Assembly (NCBI GenBank): GCA_965262915.1
Contig: OZ253564.1
Span: 896,001 to 960,000 of the forward strand
Direction: 5' to 3'
DNA length: 64,000 nt
DNA from: Candidatus Spongiisociaceae bacterium
GTDB lineage: Bacteria; Actinomycetota; Acidimicrobiia; Spongiisociales; Spongiisociaceae
The notes below the pieces were generated by a model. That model was given only the letters and a program-made list of their open reading frames with translations. It ran no database searches and was not told where the DNA came from. This document shows, piece after piece, positions 1 through 10,328 of this stretch; within the stretch, counting starts at the first letter, position 1, and every line of letters starts with the position of its first letter. A program made the position numbers and the translations under genes.

Positions 1-2
1 CC

Positions 3-266
3 TTCTACGACGGGCCTGTGCCGCCCGTCTCGACCGACATGGGGAACGTCTCGCTCCGGTTGCCGACCATCCATCCGTTCATCGGCATCGACTCGCTTCC
101 AGCCGTGAACCACCAGCCGGGTTTCACCGACGCGGCCGCCCGGCCTCCGGCCGACCAAGCGGTCATCGACGGTGCGGTCGCACTCGCCTGGACCGCCATC
201 GACGCGGCGACCGACCCGGACCTGACCGAGGAACTGACAAACGCGACGAGGGCGCGGTTTCCTTGA
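3..266 (+). CDS. C-terminal part of M20 family metallopeptidase/amidohydrolase (5'-truncated by window edge)
   Basis: Frame open from window start; STDMGNVS..P.IHP.I...NH.P.F..AA motif typical of the C-terminus of ACY1L2-like M20 proteins. Confidence 0.8.
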   Translation, partial: FYDGPVPPVSTDMGNVSLRLPTIHPFIGIDSLPAVNHQPGFTDAAARPPADQAVIDGAVALAWTAIDAATDPDLTEELTNATRARFP

Positions 267-354
267 GAAGCCTCAGATCGGTATAGCCACACCCCCGCTG
301 GGGAACGGCGCGATCTACAGATCAACCAGAGGCTTCGGCGCTGGCGGAACCGGT

Positions 355-1209
355 CTACCGCTCGACGGGTAGCCCGACCGCCGACCCCCACTCGGTCCAC
401 GATCCGTCATACACCCGGACGTGGTCCCAGCCCAGTATCCGGGTGGCGGTGAACCAGAGCGAGGATGCCCGATGACTAAGCCGGCAATAGGCGACCACCT
501 CGTCGGTCTGGTCAGGCGCCGCCCCCACCGACCGGAACACCACCTCGAGCTCCTCTGGCGTCTTGAGAGTGTTGTCATCGTTGAACAGTCGTCGCCACAT
601 GAGGTGCCTCGCTCCGGGAATGCGGCCGTGGCGTTCAGCCCCGTAATCGAATCCGGTACCCGGTTTGACCCGCTCGCCCAGATATTCCGATTCGTACCGC
701 CCGTCGAGTATCACCAGTCCCGGTTTCCCCAGATCCTCTTTCAGCTCATGGCAGTAGACCCGCGTCGAATCGTCACGTTCGGCCTGCTGCGGTTCGTAGG
801 GCACGGCGGCGAACGTCGGTGTTTCCTTGGTCAATACCCTTCCGTCGAGCTGCCAGCGCTTCTGGGACCCGTCGAGAATCCGAGCGTCGGGATGGCCGTT
901 CATTACCGCGGTCACCCAGTAGGCGAACATGGCGTACTGGTTGCGCCCGCTGTAGAAGACGACGGTCGTCTCGGGTGAGACCCCCCACGCGCCGAAACGT
1001 TCCGCCATGAGCCGGGGGGTCGGGAACTGGCGCTCCGTGGGGTGCCAGAGCACGTCCTTCCAGTACCAGTTGACCGCGCCCGGGATGTGGCCGTCGCGGT
1101 ACTCGCTGATGTCCGCCTCGTACTGGATCTCGATGATCCGCACCGTGGGATCGTCGAGGCGTGCTTCGAGCCAATCGCCCGAGACGAGGGGGGTGGTGGG
1201 GTCAACCAT
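355..1209 (-). CDS. Two-domain rhodanese/sulfurtransferase
   Basis: Y..GHIPGA, GRIPGA, active-site loop YCRLSHRAS, C-terminal YDGSWTEW signature. Confidence 0.93.
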   Translation of the reverse strand: MVDPTTPLVSGDWLEARLDDPTVRIIEIQYEADISEYRDGHIPGAVNWYWKDVLWHPTERQFPTPRLMAERFGAWGVSPETTVVFYSGRNQYAMFAYWVTAVMNGHPDARILDGSQKRWQLDGRVLTKETPTFAAVPYEPQQAERDDSTRVYCHELKEDLGKPGLVILDGRYESEYLGERVKPGTGFDYGAERHGRIPGARHLMWRRLFNDDNTLKTPEELEVVFRSVGAAPDQTDEVVAYCRLSHRASSLWFTATRILGWDHVRVYDGSWTEWGSAVGLPVER

Positions 1210-1252
1210 CGGGTGAGACCTCCGATCTAGTGGACGTATACATGGTCCGCCT

Positions 1253-1714
1253 TCAAAAGGGTTTGAAGATCATCAAGACCAGGATCACGGTCGCAGTGGC
1301 GCGGAGGTAGATGCCTCCTCGACGTATCCGGGTACGTAGCCGCACGATCTCTGCTGCCTTCTCTCGGGTCGGCTCGCCTGCCTGGGCGGACTCGATTATC
1401 CGTGCCAGGGTCGGGTTCTGGACTGTCACCGAATAGGTGAAGCTCCCGGCGAAGAGGATTATCGACACGAGCAGCCACATCCTGTCGAACAGGGCGTAGC
1501 CCCGTACCACCATGAGCCCGATCCCCGACAGCAGCACCAGTGCCGACAGCGGGATGGCCGTGGTGCTGGTGAGCAGGCGGACCACCCGAGTCGCGAAGAG
1601 GCTGTGTTCGGTGCCGGCGCCCCGCTTGCTGATCCTCCCGAACACGAAGGTGGGGCCGATCCCGGCCATCGCGCCGAACAGGTGCAGGAACAGGAGGATA
1701 CCGAAGAGATCCAC
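1253..1714 (-). CDS. DUF2269-like integral membrane protein
   Basis: About 4 hydrophobic helices, LFLHL.GA...IG near N-terminus, terminal LMIFKPF motif. Confidence 0.75.
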   Translation of the reverse strand: MDLFGILLFLHLFGAMAGIGPTFVFGRISKRGAGTEHSLFATRVVRLLTSTTAIPLSALVLLSGIGLMVVRGYALFDRMWLLVSIILFAGSFTYSVTVQNPTLARIIESAQAGEPTREKAAEIVRLRTRIRRGGIYLRATATVILVLMIFKPF

Positions 1715-1717
1715 GCT

Positions 1718-2572
1718 TCAGCTTCCGTTCCCTCCGGTTACCCGGGGTTGCCACGCCCTCCGTCCGCCCCGGCGTTCGAACCTCCCGAAGGTCGGGTGGT
1801 TCAGATGACCGGCTGCGACGAGGGTGCAGTCCTCTTCCAGCTGCCTGAGTTCCCGTTCTCGCGTCATGACCGCCTCCTCGGGGTCGGCGTCGAACCGGTG
1901 TACCCAACCTGTCTCGGTCGCTATGACCGGATGGTGGATGAGGTCACCGAGGATGAACAGCCGCTCGCCGGCCGAGTGGACTATGAAGCTCGTATGGCCG
2001 GGGGTGTGCCCCGGCGTGGCGACTGCCGTCATAGAACCGGTGAGGCGGTGGCCGTCCGAGAAGGTGTCGAGCACCCCTAAGCGGTCCAAGGGCAGGGCCT
2101 GGCGGGCGATGTTCGGATGGTTTTGGTCCCGGGACGTGAAGAACGCCCAGTCAACCTCGGAGACGAGATAGCGGGCGTTCTCGAAGCGGGGGGAGATCGT
2201 GTCCCCGTCGTAGACCAGATTCCAGCCTACGTGATCGGCGTGTAGATGGGTGAAAGCCACCATATCGATATCTCTCGGGAGCAAGTCCATCTCCCCGAGC
2301 CGATCCAGCAGGGCACCGCGAGCCTTGGGTGCGCCGGGAGGGCCTAGTTCGGGGCCCCAACCGGTGTCGATCAACACGACCCGGTCGTTGCCACGCACCA
2401 CGAAGCAGTGGAAGTTGACCATGGCGTTTCCCGGATCGGTCTCGATCAGATCCAGGTACGGCGCCCATGCCTCTTCGGGAACTCCCGGGTAGTGCCAACT
2501 CCGGTCAAAGCCGTGGGCCTTGTCCTGTATAGCGGTCACCTCGACGTTGCCGACCCGGACAGTCGTTCTCAT
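1718..2572 (-). CDS. MBL-fold metallo-hydrolase
   Basis: LIDTG, THLHADHVGW, PGHTPGH, GD and AGH motifs; ATG at 2572 overlaps the upstream stop (ATGA). Confidence 0.92.
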   Translation of the reverse strand: MRTTVRVGNVEVTAIQDKAHGFDRSWHYPGVPEEAWAPYLDLIETDPGNAMVNFHCFVVRGNDRVVLIDTGWGPELGPPGAPKARGALLDRLGEMDLLPRDIDMVAFTHLHADHVGWNLVYDGDTISPRFENARYLVSEVDWAFFTSRDQNHPNIARQALPLDRLGVLDTFSDGHRLTGSMTAVATPGHTPGHTSFIVHSAGERLFILGDLIHHPVIATETGWVHRFDADPEEAVMTRERELRQLEEDCTLVAAGHLNHPTFGRFERRGGRRAWQPRVTGGNGS

Positions 2573-3975
2573 TGCGAGTTCCGGTGGCCGCCGGCGGGAG
2601 GATGGAAGTCGGCCCGCTTGCACAGATCGGCGAGCCGTGTGTTCGCGTCATCGACGACCGCGGGCGTGTCGACGGTGGTCAGCCGCCCGTGACGCTTCAG
2701 GATCCTTCCGTCGACCATCACGGTGTCGACGTTCGACGGTTGGGCCGAATGCACGATGGCCACCGCGGGATCCCGGACCGGCGCCATGTTCAGAGTGTCG
2801 GTTCTGACCATCATCAGGTCGGCACGTTTCCCGACGGTCAGGGATCCGACCAGATGATCCAGCCCCAGGGCTCGTGCTCCTTCTATCGTCGCCAACTCCA
2901 AGGCTCGGCGAGGACTCAGCGCTTCGGCATCCAGGTTGGCGATGGCCTCCAACCCGACCGCGACCCGCATCGCCGAGAAGACATCCGCGCAGGCCGAGAT
3001 GGCGGTGGTGTCGAGTGACAGGCTGACGGAGATGCCCGCTGCTAGGTGTCCGTTTATCGGCGGGGCGCCCATGCCCAACCGGAGGGAGGACAGGGGGCTC
3101 ATGGTCACCGGGATCCGGTTGGCAGCGAGGTGCTCACGCTCGCGCGGGGAGATGTAGAGGCAGTGGGCCAGGAGCATGTCAGGTCCGAGGAGCCCCTCTT
3201 CGTGAAGTATGTGGACTTGGTGGATCCGTTTCACCTCCGCCTGCGTCCCGGCGCAATGCATAGAGATCGTCAAACCCTGCTCCCGCGCCAACGCCCACTC
3301 CCTGCGATAGACATCGGGAGTCGACCGCGCCGGCCCCCGAACTCCCACGCCGAGCGTCAGAAGGTCTTTCGAGTTCGGCAACCACTCGTCGGCGATCCTA
3401 CGGATGTTTCCGAAGTCCATCACCTCGTCGGGCAGGACACCGCCTTTCTCCAGGATGGCCCGCATCTTTTGCATCGGCATCGAAGGATGCGCCGAAGGTG
3501 CGGAATAGGAGAAATGCACACGGGTGCCCAGTCGACGGTGGACATCGAGGTTGGCCTCGGCGTCGCTGTATCGCATGATGTTGTGTGACCAGTCGTGGAC
3601 GGTCGTGACGCCGGCCGCTATGCCCTCGGCCATTCCGAGAAGCACTCCCGCCGCGAGGTCTCCCGACGTTAAGAAGCTTCCGAGCCTGCCCTTGGTGGCG
3701 AACCACCCATGTTTCTTCCCGTCGCCAACCACACCTCTGAGTAGGGTGGCCCACACGTGCCAATGCGAATCGACGAAACCGGGCAGGGTGATGGTGTTCC
3801 TTCCGTCGATGGTCTCGGCGCCGCCGGCAGCTAGCCGCGACCCGATCGTCACCAGCTTCCCGTTGTCGATTTCGATGTCCGTTCCGGCCAGTTCCCCTGA
3901 AGCCGGATCCATAGTCAGCGCCGTGGTGTCGCGTATGACATAGTGACCGCGCCGGGGAAGGTTCTGAACAGCCAT
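2569..3975 (-). CDS. Amidohydrolase family protein (SsnA/MtaD/AtzA-like deaminase fold)
   Basis: PGFVDSHWH, AGVTT, MHCAG, AHC, SLSLD, AT..GA.ALG, GSL.VGKRAD; start set at 3975 after an AAGGA RBS rather than ORF-track 4239. Confidence 0.9.
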   Translation of the reverse strand: MAVQNLPRRGHYVIRDTTALTMDPASGELAGTDIEIDNGKLVTIGSRLAAGGAETIDGRNTITLPGFVDSHWHVWATLLRGVVGDGKKHGWFATKGRLGSFLTSGDLAAGVLLGMAEGIAAGVTTVHDWSHNIMRYSDAEANLDVHRRLGTRVHFSYSAPSAHPSMPMQKMRAILEKGGVLPDEVMDFGNIRRIADEWLPNSKDLLTLGVGVRGPARSTPDVYRREWALAREQGLTISMHCAGTQAEVKRIHQVHILHEEGLLGPDMLLAHCLYISPREREHLAANRIPVTMSPLSSLRLGMGAPPINGHLAAGISVSLSLDTTAISACADVFSAMRVAVGLEAIANLDAEALSPRRALELATIEGARALGLDHLVGSLTVGKRADLMMVRTDTLNMAPVRDPAVAIVHSAQPSNVDTVMVDGRILKRHGRLTTVDTPAVVDDANTRLADLCKRADFHPPAGGHRNSQ

Positions 3976-4015
3976 GTACGGGATCCTTGTCAGAGCATGG
4001 AGGGCTTGGCCAGCG

Positions 4016-4030
4016 AGCATACCGTATACA
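4016..4030. promoter_or_regulatory. Candidate GntR operator AGCATACCGTATACA
   Basis: Imperfect palindrome 40 bp upstream of the amidohydrolase start; recurs at 4367, 5245 and 47871. Confidence 0.65.
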
Positions 4031-4366
4031 GTCGGACCCGACGGACGGAGCGGGTGCGAGGGGCGGTCCGATTCCGGCATCCTTGCCTGGTCGTCGTTTC
4101 GCATGTGGGCGCGTACTCCCGCAGCCCGATTCCACCGGCAGGGGTGAAACGCCGGGGAGGTGGATACAATCGGTAAGACCTTCTGATCTGCGACAGCAGC
4201 CATAGGTAAGGGTGGCTTGGGGGCGGGGATGAGAAGCAACTGCCTGTGAGTGGAATATCAGGCGGATTGACCGGGCTAGGGCTGGTTTTCGATAGCGAGT
4301 CGGTGGATTCGGGCTGGGACCAGGCCCAGGTTTGTGGGGTTCCTCCCTCCTAACGGAACCCGATCC

Positions 4367-4381
4367 TGCATACAATATGCC
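4367..4381. promoter_or_regulatory. Candidate GntR autoregulatory operator TGCATACAATATGCC overlapping a TACAAT -10-like hexamer
   Basis: Directly upstream of the GntR ATG at 4385; same motif family as 4016, 5245 and 47871. Confidence 0.6.
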
Positions 4382-4384
4382 GCC

Positions 4385-5113
4385 ATGCAAACGGCTGAGG
4401 AGCACTCCGACAACCCGCGTACCGGGGTAAGCGGGTCTCCCCTCCTCGCGGCCGTCGAACCGCTAAGCGCCGAGGAGGCTGTGACGGTTGCTCTGCGGGA
4501 CGCGATCCTCAGCGGACGGTTGGCGCCCGGTGCGCGTCTGGCCCAGGCCGAATTGGCCAGACAACTCGGTGTCAGCCGAATCCCACTACGCGACGCGCTG
4601 CGTCGGCTGGGCGAAGAGGCCCTCGTGAAGATCGACGGGCGGCGGGGCGCCTGGGTGACCGCTCTGTCCAAACGCGACATAGCGGAGATATACGAGCTCA
4701 GGATCATGCTGGAAGGTCGATGCATCCGGTATGCGGTGCGGAACCTGGCCGACGAGGACGAGCGGGAGGCGCTGGTCGAACTGTCCGAGCACATGGACAG
4801 CTCCGACCGGGACGTGATGGAGGGAAGAGCTGCCCGGCGCAAGTTCTACGACGTTCTCTATTCGCATGCCGGCCGACCCCGGATGCACCGCCTCATCATG
4901 CAACTGCGGGACAACGTCGGTCGCTATCACCTGCTCCAGGACACCGACCTGTCCCACGCCGCCCACTCGGAGGTGCGCCACTGTATCAACAGCGGAGATG
5001 TGCCCGGCGCCGCCCTCGCGGTGACCGCCCACCTCGAGGAAGCACGAGACGACCTTCTGGCAACGATGACGGACGAGTCTCCACCTAACACCCCGGCCGC
5101 TTCTCGTAGGTAG
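4385..5113 (+). CDS. GntR family transcriptional regulator (FCD domain)
   Basis: LRDAILSGRLAPGARL..ELA.QLGVSRIPLRDALRRL wHTH; IYELR.MLE and H..V...I..GD FCD motifs. Confidence 0.95.
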   Translation: MQTAEEHSDNPRTGVSGSPLLAAVEPLSAEEAVTVALRDAILSGRLAPGARLAQAELARQLGVSRIPLRDALRRLGEEALVKIDGRRGAWVTALSKRDIAEIYELRIMLEGRCIRYAVRNLADEDEREALVELSEHMDSSDRDVMEGRAARRKFYDVLYSHAGRPRMHRLIMQLRDNVGRYHLLQDTDLSHAAHSEVRHCINSGDVPGAALAVTAHLEEARDDLLATMTDESPPNTPAASRR

Positions 5114-5244
5114 CTCCTCCATTGCCAACCGGAACACCCACACCCGCCTCAGCGGTCTCCATGCCGGACCGCTTGGGTGCCGCTTGGCACTGGCGGCTGC
5201 TCCCGGCGACTGTCGTGCCGGGATCCGCTCGGAATTCGGTTGCT

Positions 5245-5259
5245 TGCATAACGTATACA
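5245..5259. promoter_or_regulatory. Candidate GntR operator TGCATAACGTATACA
   Basis: 56 bp upstream of hydantoinase A start; overlaps a TACAAT hexamer. Confidence 0.65.
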
Positions 5260-5315
5260 ATCTCGGCATGGACCTTACGAACCCCCTTTCAGTATCGCGT
5301 CCGGCGGGAGGTGAC

Positions 5316-7487
5316 ATGTACCGGGTAGCCATCGATGTAGGCGGCACGTTCACCGACTGTCTGGTGCTCGACGAGCGGAGCGGCGACCTGCGCCAGTTCA
5401 AGGCCCCCACAACTCCCGCGGATCCTTCGATCGGCTGTATCAACGGCCTTTCGAAAGCCGCGGCGGCCTACGGACTTTCGCTGCCCGCCTTCCTGGGTCG
5501 GGTGGAACTTCTCATTCACGGCACGACTCTGGCGACCAACACCCTCATCAACGAGGACGGCGCTAAGACCGGGATGATCACGACCAAGCACTTTCGGGAC
5601 ATGCTGGAGATACGGCGCGGCTACAAGAACGTGCGAGTGTCGATGTACAACGTGTTCATCCCGCCTTACAAGCCTTTGATCCCGAGACGTCTGCGGCTCG
5701 AGGCGGAGGAGCGCGTCCTGTACACGGGCGAGGTTCTCACCCCTCTGAACGAGGATGACGTTCGAGAGGCGGCCCGACGGCTCGGCCGCGAGGGGATCGA
5801 GTCGGTCGCGATCGGTTTCCTGCACTCCTATGCCAACCCCGGTCACGAGCTACTCGCGGCCGAGATCGTGCGGGAGGAACTAGGTGACGAGGTCTACGTC
5901 ACGACATCGTCCCAGATCCTCCCGGTCTGGAGAGAGTGGGAGCGCTTCTCGACGATGGCGGTGTCGGCTTACACGGGCCCGGCGGTGAAGCGCTACCTGC
6001 TGGCTCTCGAGAGCCGTCTTGCCGAGAACGGCTTCGCGGGCAGCCTGATGATGATGCTCTCGGATGGTCTCGTGGAGACGGTCGAGAACTGCATTCCTCG
6101 GGCTGTCTACCTGATCGGATCCGGACCGGCGGCCGCACCTGCCGGGGCCGTACACCTAGGGGACGAAACCGGCCACCGGAACCTTCTCAGCTTCGACATG
6201 GGGGGAACGTCTATCGACATCGGGGTGGTGATGGGAGGCGAGATTCCCACCACCTCGGAGGGGTGGGTCCAGGACGAGCGCGTAGCCATCAAGATGGTGG
6301 ACATAGTCTCGGCCGGCGCCGGCGGAGGCTCGATAGCGTGGGTCGATTCGCTGGGCCTGCCGCGGGTCGGTCCGAACTCGGCCGGGAGCGATCCGGGACC
6401 GGCCTGCTACGCCAAGGGCGGTGAGAACCCGACGGTCACCGACGCGGACCTGGTGCTCGGCTACATAGACCCCGGATACTTCCTGGGGGGCGAGATAGAG
6501 CTCGACGTCGAACTGGCCGAGCGCGCTATCAGGCGAAAGGTGGCGGAGCCGCTCGGGATGACCTCAGAGGAGGCTGCCCAGGCGATAATGACCGCGGTCA
6601 GCTCCTTCACAGCCGACGAGATCAACGAAGTATCCACTCGCCGCGGCATAGATATCCGTGATCTCACCCTCGTGGCAGGGGGCGGGGCCGGGCCGGCGCA
6701 CGCGGCGTTCATCGCCGACATTCTGGGCCTCCCGCATGTGATCATTCCCTCGGTGGCCTCGACCTACTCGGCGTTCGGGATGTTCGCCATGGACGTGGGC
6801 CGTAACTACGCCCGTTCCTACATCACCCGCTACGCAGATCTCGATTCTGATCGGGTACAGGTGCTGTACGAGGAGATGGAGCAGGAGGCCATCGCAGGTT
6901 TCGAGGAAATGGGATACGAGGCGAGCGACGTGAGCTTCTTCCGGACCGCCGATCTCCGCTACATAGGCCAGTTTCACGAGGTGGAGGTCGAGATGCCGAT
7001 GGACCCCGGTCAGGATCCGGCCGCGACCGCCGAGAAGACCTTCAGGGCGAGTGTGTTCCGGGACGCCGGCGGAATGAGAATGCTCGACGCAGTCGAGGAA
7101 GCCATCGAGAACTTCCACGCCAAGCACTTCGACCTGTACACCTTCAACATGCCCTGGCAGGGCGTGGAACTGTTGACGTTCCGGTTGCGGGCGACCGTCC
7201 CGAGGGCGCCCTTCGAGCTCCAGCGGATCGCCGAGGGCGGGCCCGATCCGTCGGCCGCGCTCAAGGCGCATCGGAAGTGCTGGTTCGACGGGAAGGCGGT
7301 TCGTACCCCGATCTTCGACGGTGGTCGCCTGCTGGCGGGTAACCGGATCTCCGGTCCGGCGATCATCGAGGAGCCGACGACGACGGTGGTCATTCCCAAG
7401 TCGTACGTCGCTACGGTCGACGCACAACGGAGCTACCACCTAGCCCGCAGTGCAACGGCTGCCAACGTGACAGGAGGCGCGGTATGA
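5316..7487 (+). CDS. Hydantoinase/oxoprolinase subunit A (ATP-binding)
   Basis: IDVGGTFTD, HGTT.ATN, SGPAA, DMGGTS, GAGGGSIA, PGPACY, PTVTDA; GGAGGTG RBS before ATG 5316. Confidence 0.95.
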   Translation: MYRVAIDVGGTFTDCLVLDERSGDLRQFKAPTTPADPSIGCINGLSKAAAAYGLSLPAFLGRVELLIHGTTLATNTLINEDGAKTGMITTKHFRDMLEIRRGYKNVRVSMYNVFIPPYKPLIPRRLRLEAEERVLYTGEVLTPLNEDDVREAARRLGREGIESVAIGFLHSYANPGHELLAAEIVREELGDEVYVTTSSQILPVWREWERFSTMAVSAYTGPAVKRYLLALESRLAENGFAGSLMMMLSDGLVETVENCIPRAVYLIGSGPAAAPAGAVHLGDETGHRNLLSFDMGGTSIDIGVVMGGEIPTTSEGWVQDERVAIKMVDIVSAGAGGGSIAWVDSLGLPRVGPNSAGSDPGPACYAKGGENPTVTDADLVLGYIDPGYFLGGEIELDVELAERAIRRKVAEPLGMTSEEAAQAIMTAVSSFTADEINEVSTRRGIDIRDLTLVAGGGAGPAHAAFIADILGLPHVIIPSVASTYSAFGMFAMDVGRNYARSYITRYADLDSDRVQVLYEEMEQEAIAGFEEMGYEASDVSFFRTADLRYIGQFHEVEVEMPMDPGQDPAATAEKTFRASVFRDAGGMRMLDAVEEAIENFHAKHFDLYTFNMPWQGVELLTFRLRATVPRAPFELQRIAEGGPDPSAALKAHRKCWFDGKAVRTPIFDGGRLLAGNRISGPAIIEEPTTTVVIPKSYVATVDAQRSYHLARSATAANVTGGAV

Positions 7488-9259
7488 AAGCCGACACCAT
7501 CGACCCGATCACCCTGTCGACCATCTGGAACTCCTTCCAGAGCATGGGTCGCGAGATGCGACACGTGATCGACCGCACCGCGCAGAACTACCTGATCGCC
7601 CAACTCCACGACATGGCGGCGGGTATCTGGGATGCGCAGGCCCGTACCATCGCGGTGCCCGAGGGGCCGACCTCCATGTTCCTGTCGCAGCAGTTCTCGG
7701 TCGAGTACATCCTCGACAAGTTCGGCGACGACCTCCACCCGGGGGATGTCATCATCTGCAACGACCCTTATAAGGGGTACTGCAACCACCTTCCGGACTG
7801 GGGCTTCTTCCGGCCCATCTTCTACGAGGACGAGCTGGTCTTCGTAGCCCTCACCCGCGGGCACCAGCTCGACACAGGGGGTGCCTTCCCCGGCGGCTAC
7901 TTCCCCAACGGCTACGACATCCACGCCGAAGGGTTGATGATCCCTCCGACCAAGATCTACGACCGGGGCCGGGAGCGCACCGATGTGCTCGAGCTCATCT
8001 GGAACAACGTCCGCTGGCCCGACGGCGTGAAGATCGACAACTACGCGCTGATGGCCGCGCTGCAGGTCTGCGACAACCGGGTCGTCGCCCTGCTCGACAA
8101 GTACAGCCTCCCGACGGTCAAAGAAGCCGTGGAGGAGATGCTCGACCGTATGGAGACCAACGTTCGTGCCCAGCTGGCCGAGGTTCCCGACGGCACCTAT
8201 TACGGCGAATCGGCAACCGACGACGACGGCACCGTTCTCGACGAGCAAGTGTGGGTCCGGTGCGCGGCGACCATCAAAGGCGACGAGCTCATCCTGGACT
8301 TCTCCGAAAGCGACGCGCAGCGGCGCGGCTTCGTCAACTGTGTATATTCGTCGACCTACAGCCGGGCGGTGGCAGGGAGCTTCCTGTACTTCGATCCCAC
8401 CTACTCGGAGTTCCACAACGAGGGCAGCATGCGCCCCATCACAGTGGTCGCTCCCGAAGGTTCGGTCTGCAATGCCCAGTACCCGGCGACGGTCGGCGGC
8501 TCTCCGGTGAACGTGGGGACGCAGGTGCTCGAGGCGACGGTGAGCGCTCTGTCGAAGGCCATGCCGGACAAGGCGATCGCCGGATGGGGGCGGCGTCGAG
8601 GCCACTACATCGCCGGTGTCGACCCCCGCACGGGGGAGCGGTACGTACAGACCACCACCGACGCGGACGGCGGATCGGGTGCCGTTTGGGGATACGACGG
8701 ATTCGAAGGGGCGATGGGAATGTCCGGCCTTGGTTCGATCCGGAGGGGCAGCGTCGAAGAGATCGAGATCAGGTTCCCGTGGCGGGCCGTGCGCTACCAC
8801 TACGTCCCGGACATGTCCGGCGCCGGTCGCTGGCGGGGAGGATCGGGAATGCTGTGGGAGGTGGAGAACGTCGGCGGGGATGTCGGCGTGGCCACCGGTA
8901 GCTCGGACGGGGATCTCACCCAGCCTCCGGGAGCGGGCGGTGGCGAAGACGGTCCGCTATCGAGGATGTACCTCCGCCGGGGTGATGAGACGATCCCGGC
9001 CCGAACCCACCGGATGGTGCAGGTCAGGACAGGCGAGATCCTCGGAAAGGTCAGCGGCGGCGGTGGTGGGGTAGGGGATCCCACCGAGCGTGAGCCCGAG
9101 AAGGTACTCGATGACGTAATGAACGAGTGGGTGACGCTCGAGCATGCCCGGAACGTCTACAAGGTGGTGATCGACCCTGAATCGATGACCATCGACAGAG
9201 AGCAGACCAGGCTGCTCCGGAGCTCCACCGGCGCTTCCCCAGAGAAGACCGAGACCTAG
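7484..9259 (+). CDS. Hydantoinase B/oxoprolinase family subunit
   Basis: DP.TL, NDPY...NHLPD, H..D.GG..PG, EGL.IPP, G.GR.RGG.G, GGGGG.GDP..R; ATGA-coupled to subunit A. Confidence 0.95.
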   Translation: MKADTIDPITLSTIWNSFQSMGREMRHVIDRTAQNYLIAQLHDMAAGIWDAQARTIAVPEGPTSMFLSQQFSVEYILDKFGDDLHPGDVIICNDPYKGYCNHLPDWGFFRPIFYEDELVFVALTRGHQLDTGGAFPGGYFPNGYDIHAEGLMIPPTKIYDRGRERTDVLELIWNNVRWPDGVKIDNYALMAALQVCDNRVVALLDKYSLPTVKEAVEEMLDRMETNVRAQLAEVPDGTYYGESATDDDGTVLDEQVWVRCAATIKGDELILDFSESDAQRRGFVNCVYSSTYSRAVAGSFLYFDPTYSEFHNEGSMRPITVVAPEGSVCNAQYPATVGGSPVNVGTQVLEATVSALSKAMPDKAIAGWGRRRGHYIAGVDPRTGERYVQTTTDADGGSGAVWGYDGFEGAMGMSGLGSIRRGSVEEIEIRFPWRAVRYHYVPDMSGAGRWRGGSGMLWEVENVGGDVGVATGSSDGDLTQPPGAGGGEDGPLSRMYLRRGDETIPARTHRMVQVRTGEILGKVSGGGGGVGDPTEREPEKVLDDVMNEWVTLEHARNVYKVVIDPESMTIDREQTRLLRSSTGASPEKTET

Positions 9260-9368
9260 GAGAATGCTGAAACACGGTGGTAGCGGTTAGCCCTCCGTCC
9301 GCTGACCAGGTAGTTTGCCATCGGCCGTCGGGCCAACGGGGCGTTTCTCAGCACTCTCCTAGGCCCGT

Positions 9369-10328
9369 ATGAACGAACCGATCCCGCCGACGGATCTGGA
9401 GATCCTGAGGCGAATGTGGCTCATCAGGGTATTCGAAGAGAAGGCCTCGGAGCTCTATGCCAGCGGTCAAGTTGCAGGGTTGCTCCACCTCGGCATCGGT
9501 CAGGAGGGCTCGGCGGTCGGGACCTGTGCCGCCCTCCGGTCCGGCGACTACGTATTCGGTAACCACCGGTCCCACGCGCATGCGATTGCCAAGGGAGCGG
9601 ACCTCCGACGGTTGATGGCCGAGATCGCGGGCCGCTCGACCGGCTACTGCAAGGGCAAGGGCGGATCGATGCACATCTCCGCTCCCGAGGTGGGGTTCAT
9701 CACCGCCACCGGTGTGGTGGCCGGGAACATCCCGCTGGCGTTGGGGGCCGCCCTGACGAGCGCCACGAGGAACGAGGATCGGGTGTCCGTGGCCTTCTTC
9801 GGCGACGGCGCCGGACAGAGCGGTGCCTTCCACGAGAGCCTCAACCTGGCGGCGCTCTGGAAGCTTCCGGTGATCCTCGTCTGCGAGAACAACGGTTACG
9901 TCGAGTTCTCGCCTCTCTCCGCCCATACGGTCGTGGAACGCTTGGCGGACTACGCCTCCGTGTACTCGATTCCGTCCGTCACCGTCGACGGCGGTGATGT
10001 GCTGGCGGTCAGAGGCGCTGTCCAGGATGCGGTAGGCCTTGCCAGAGAGGGTGGCGGACCGTCCTTCGTGGAGGTGCTCACCCACCGCTTGCGCGGTCAT
10101 TACGAAGGCGATCCCGCCACTTACCGGAAGCTGTCGGAACGGGACGAATGGAAACGGAAGGACCCCGTCGCGCGCTTCGCGAGATACCTGCTGGACGGCG
10201 GGGTGACACCGGAGTTCCTGGCGGAGATCGAGATGGAGGCCCGTGCTGCGGTCGCCACGGCCGCCGACCAGGCTCTACGGGATCCGGTTGCCGACCCGCG
10301 GGAGTTGATCAGCGACGTGTACGTCTGA
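9369..10328 (+). CDS. ThDP-dependent dehydrogenase E1 alpha subunit (AcoA/PdhA-like), copy 1
   Basis: HL..GQE, HRSH, GKGGSMH, GDGA...ENN ThDP motif, HRLRGHYEGD. Confidence 0.93.
   Translation: MNEPIPPTDLEILRRMWLIRVFEEKASELYASGQVAGLLHLGIGQEGSAVGTCAALRSGDYVFGNHRSHAHAIAKGADLRRLMAEIAGRSTGYCKGKGGSMHISAPEVGFITATGVVAGNIPLALGAALTSATRNEDRVSVAFFGDGAGQSGAFHESLNLAALWKLPVILVCENNGYVEFSPLSAHTVVERLADYASVYSIPSVTVDGGDVLAVRGAVQDAVGLAREGGGPSFVEVLTHRLRGHYEGDPATYRKLSERDEWKRKDPVARFARYLLDGGVTPEFLAEIEMEARAAVATAADQALRDPVADPRELISDVYV

Noticed and set aside
4126-4173. Hairpin with a GGGGTGAAA loop resembling FMN or cobalamin riboswitch fragments
   Set aside because: Other conserved blocks are absent; such stems arise by chance in GC-rich DNA.
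7433-8800. Long antisense or shifted-frame ORFs (also 11343..12389, 38857..39906, 50441..51547, 59206..60396)
   Set aside because: Shadows of well-supported genes, expected in high-GC sequence with few stop codons.
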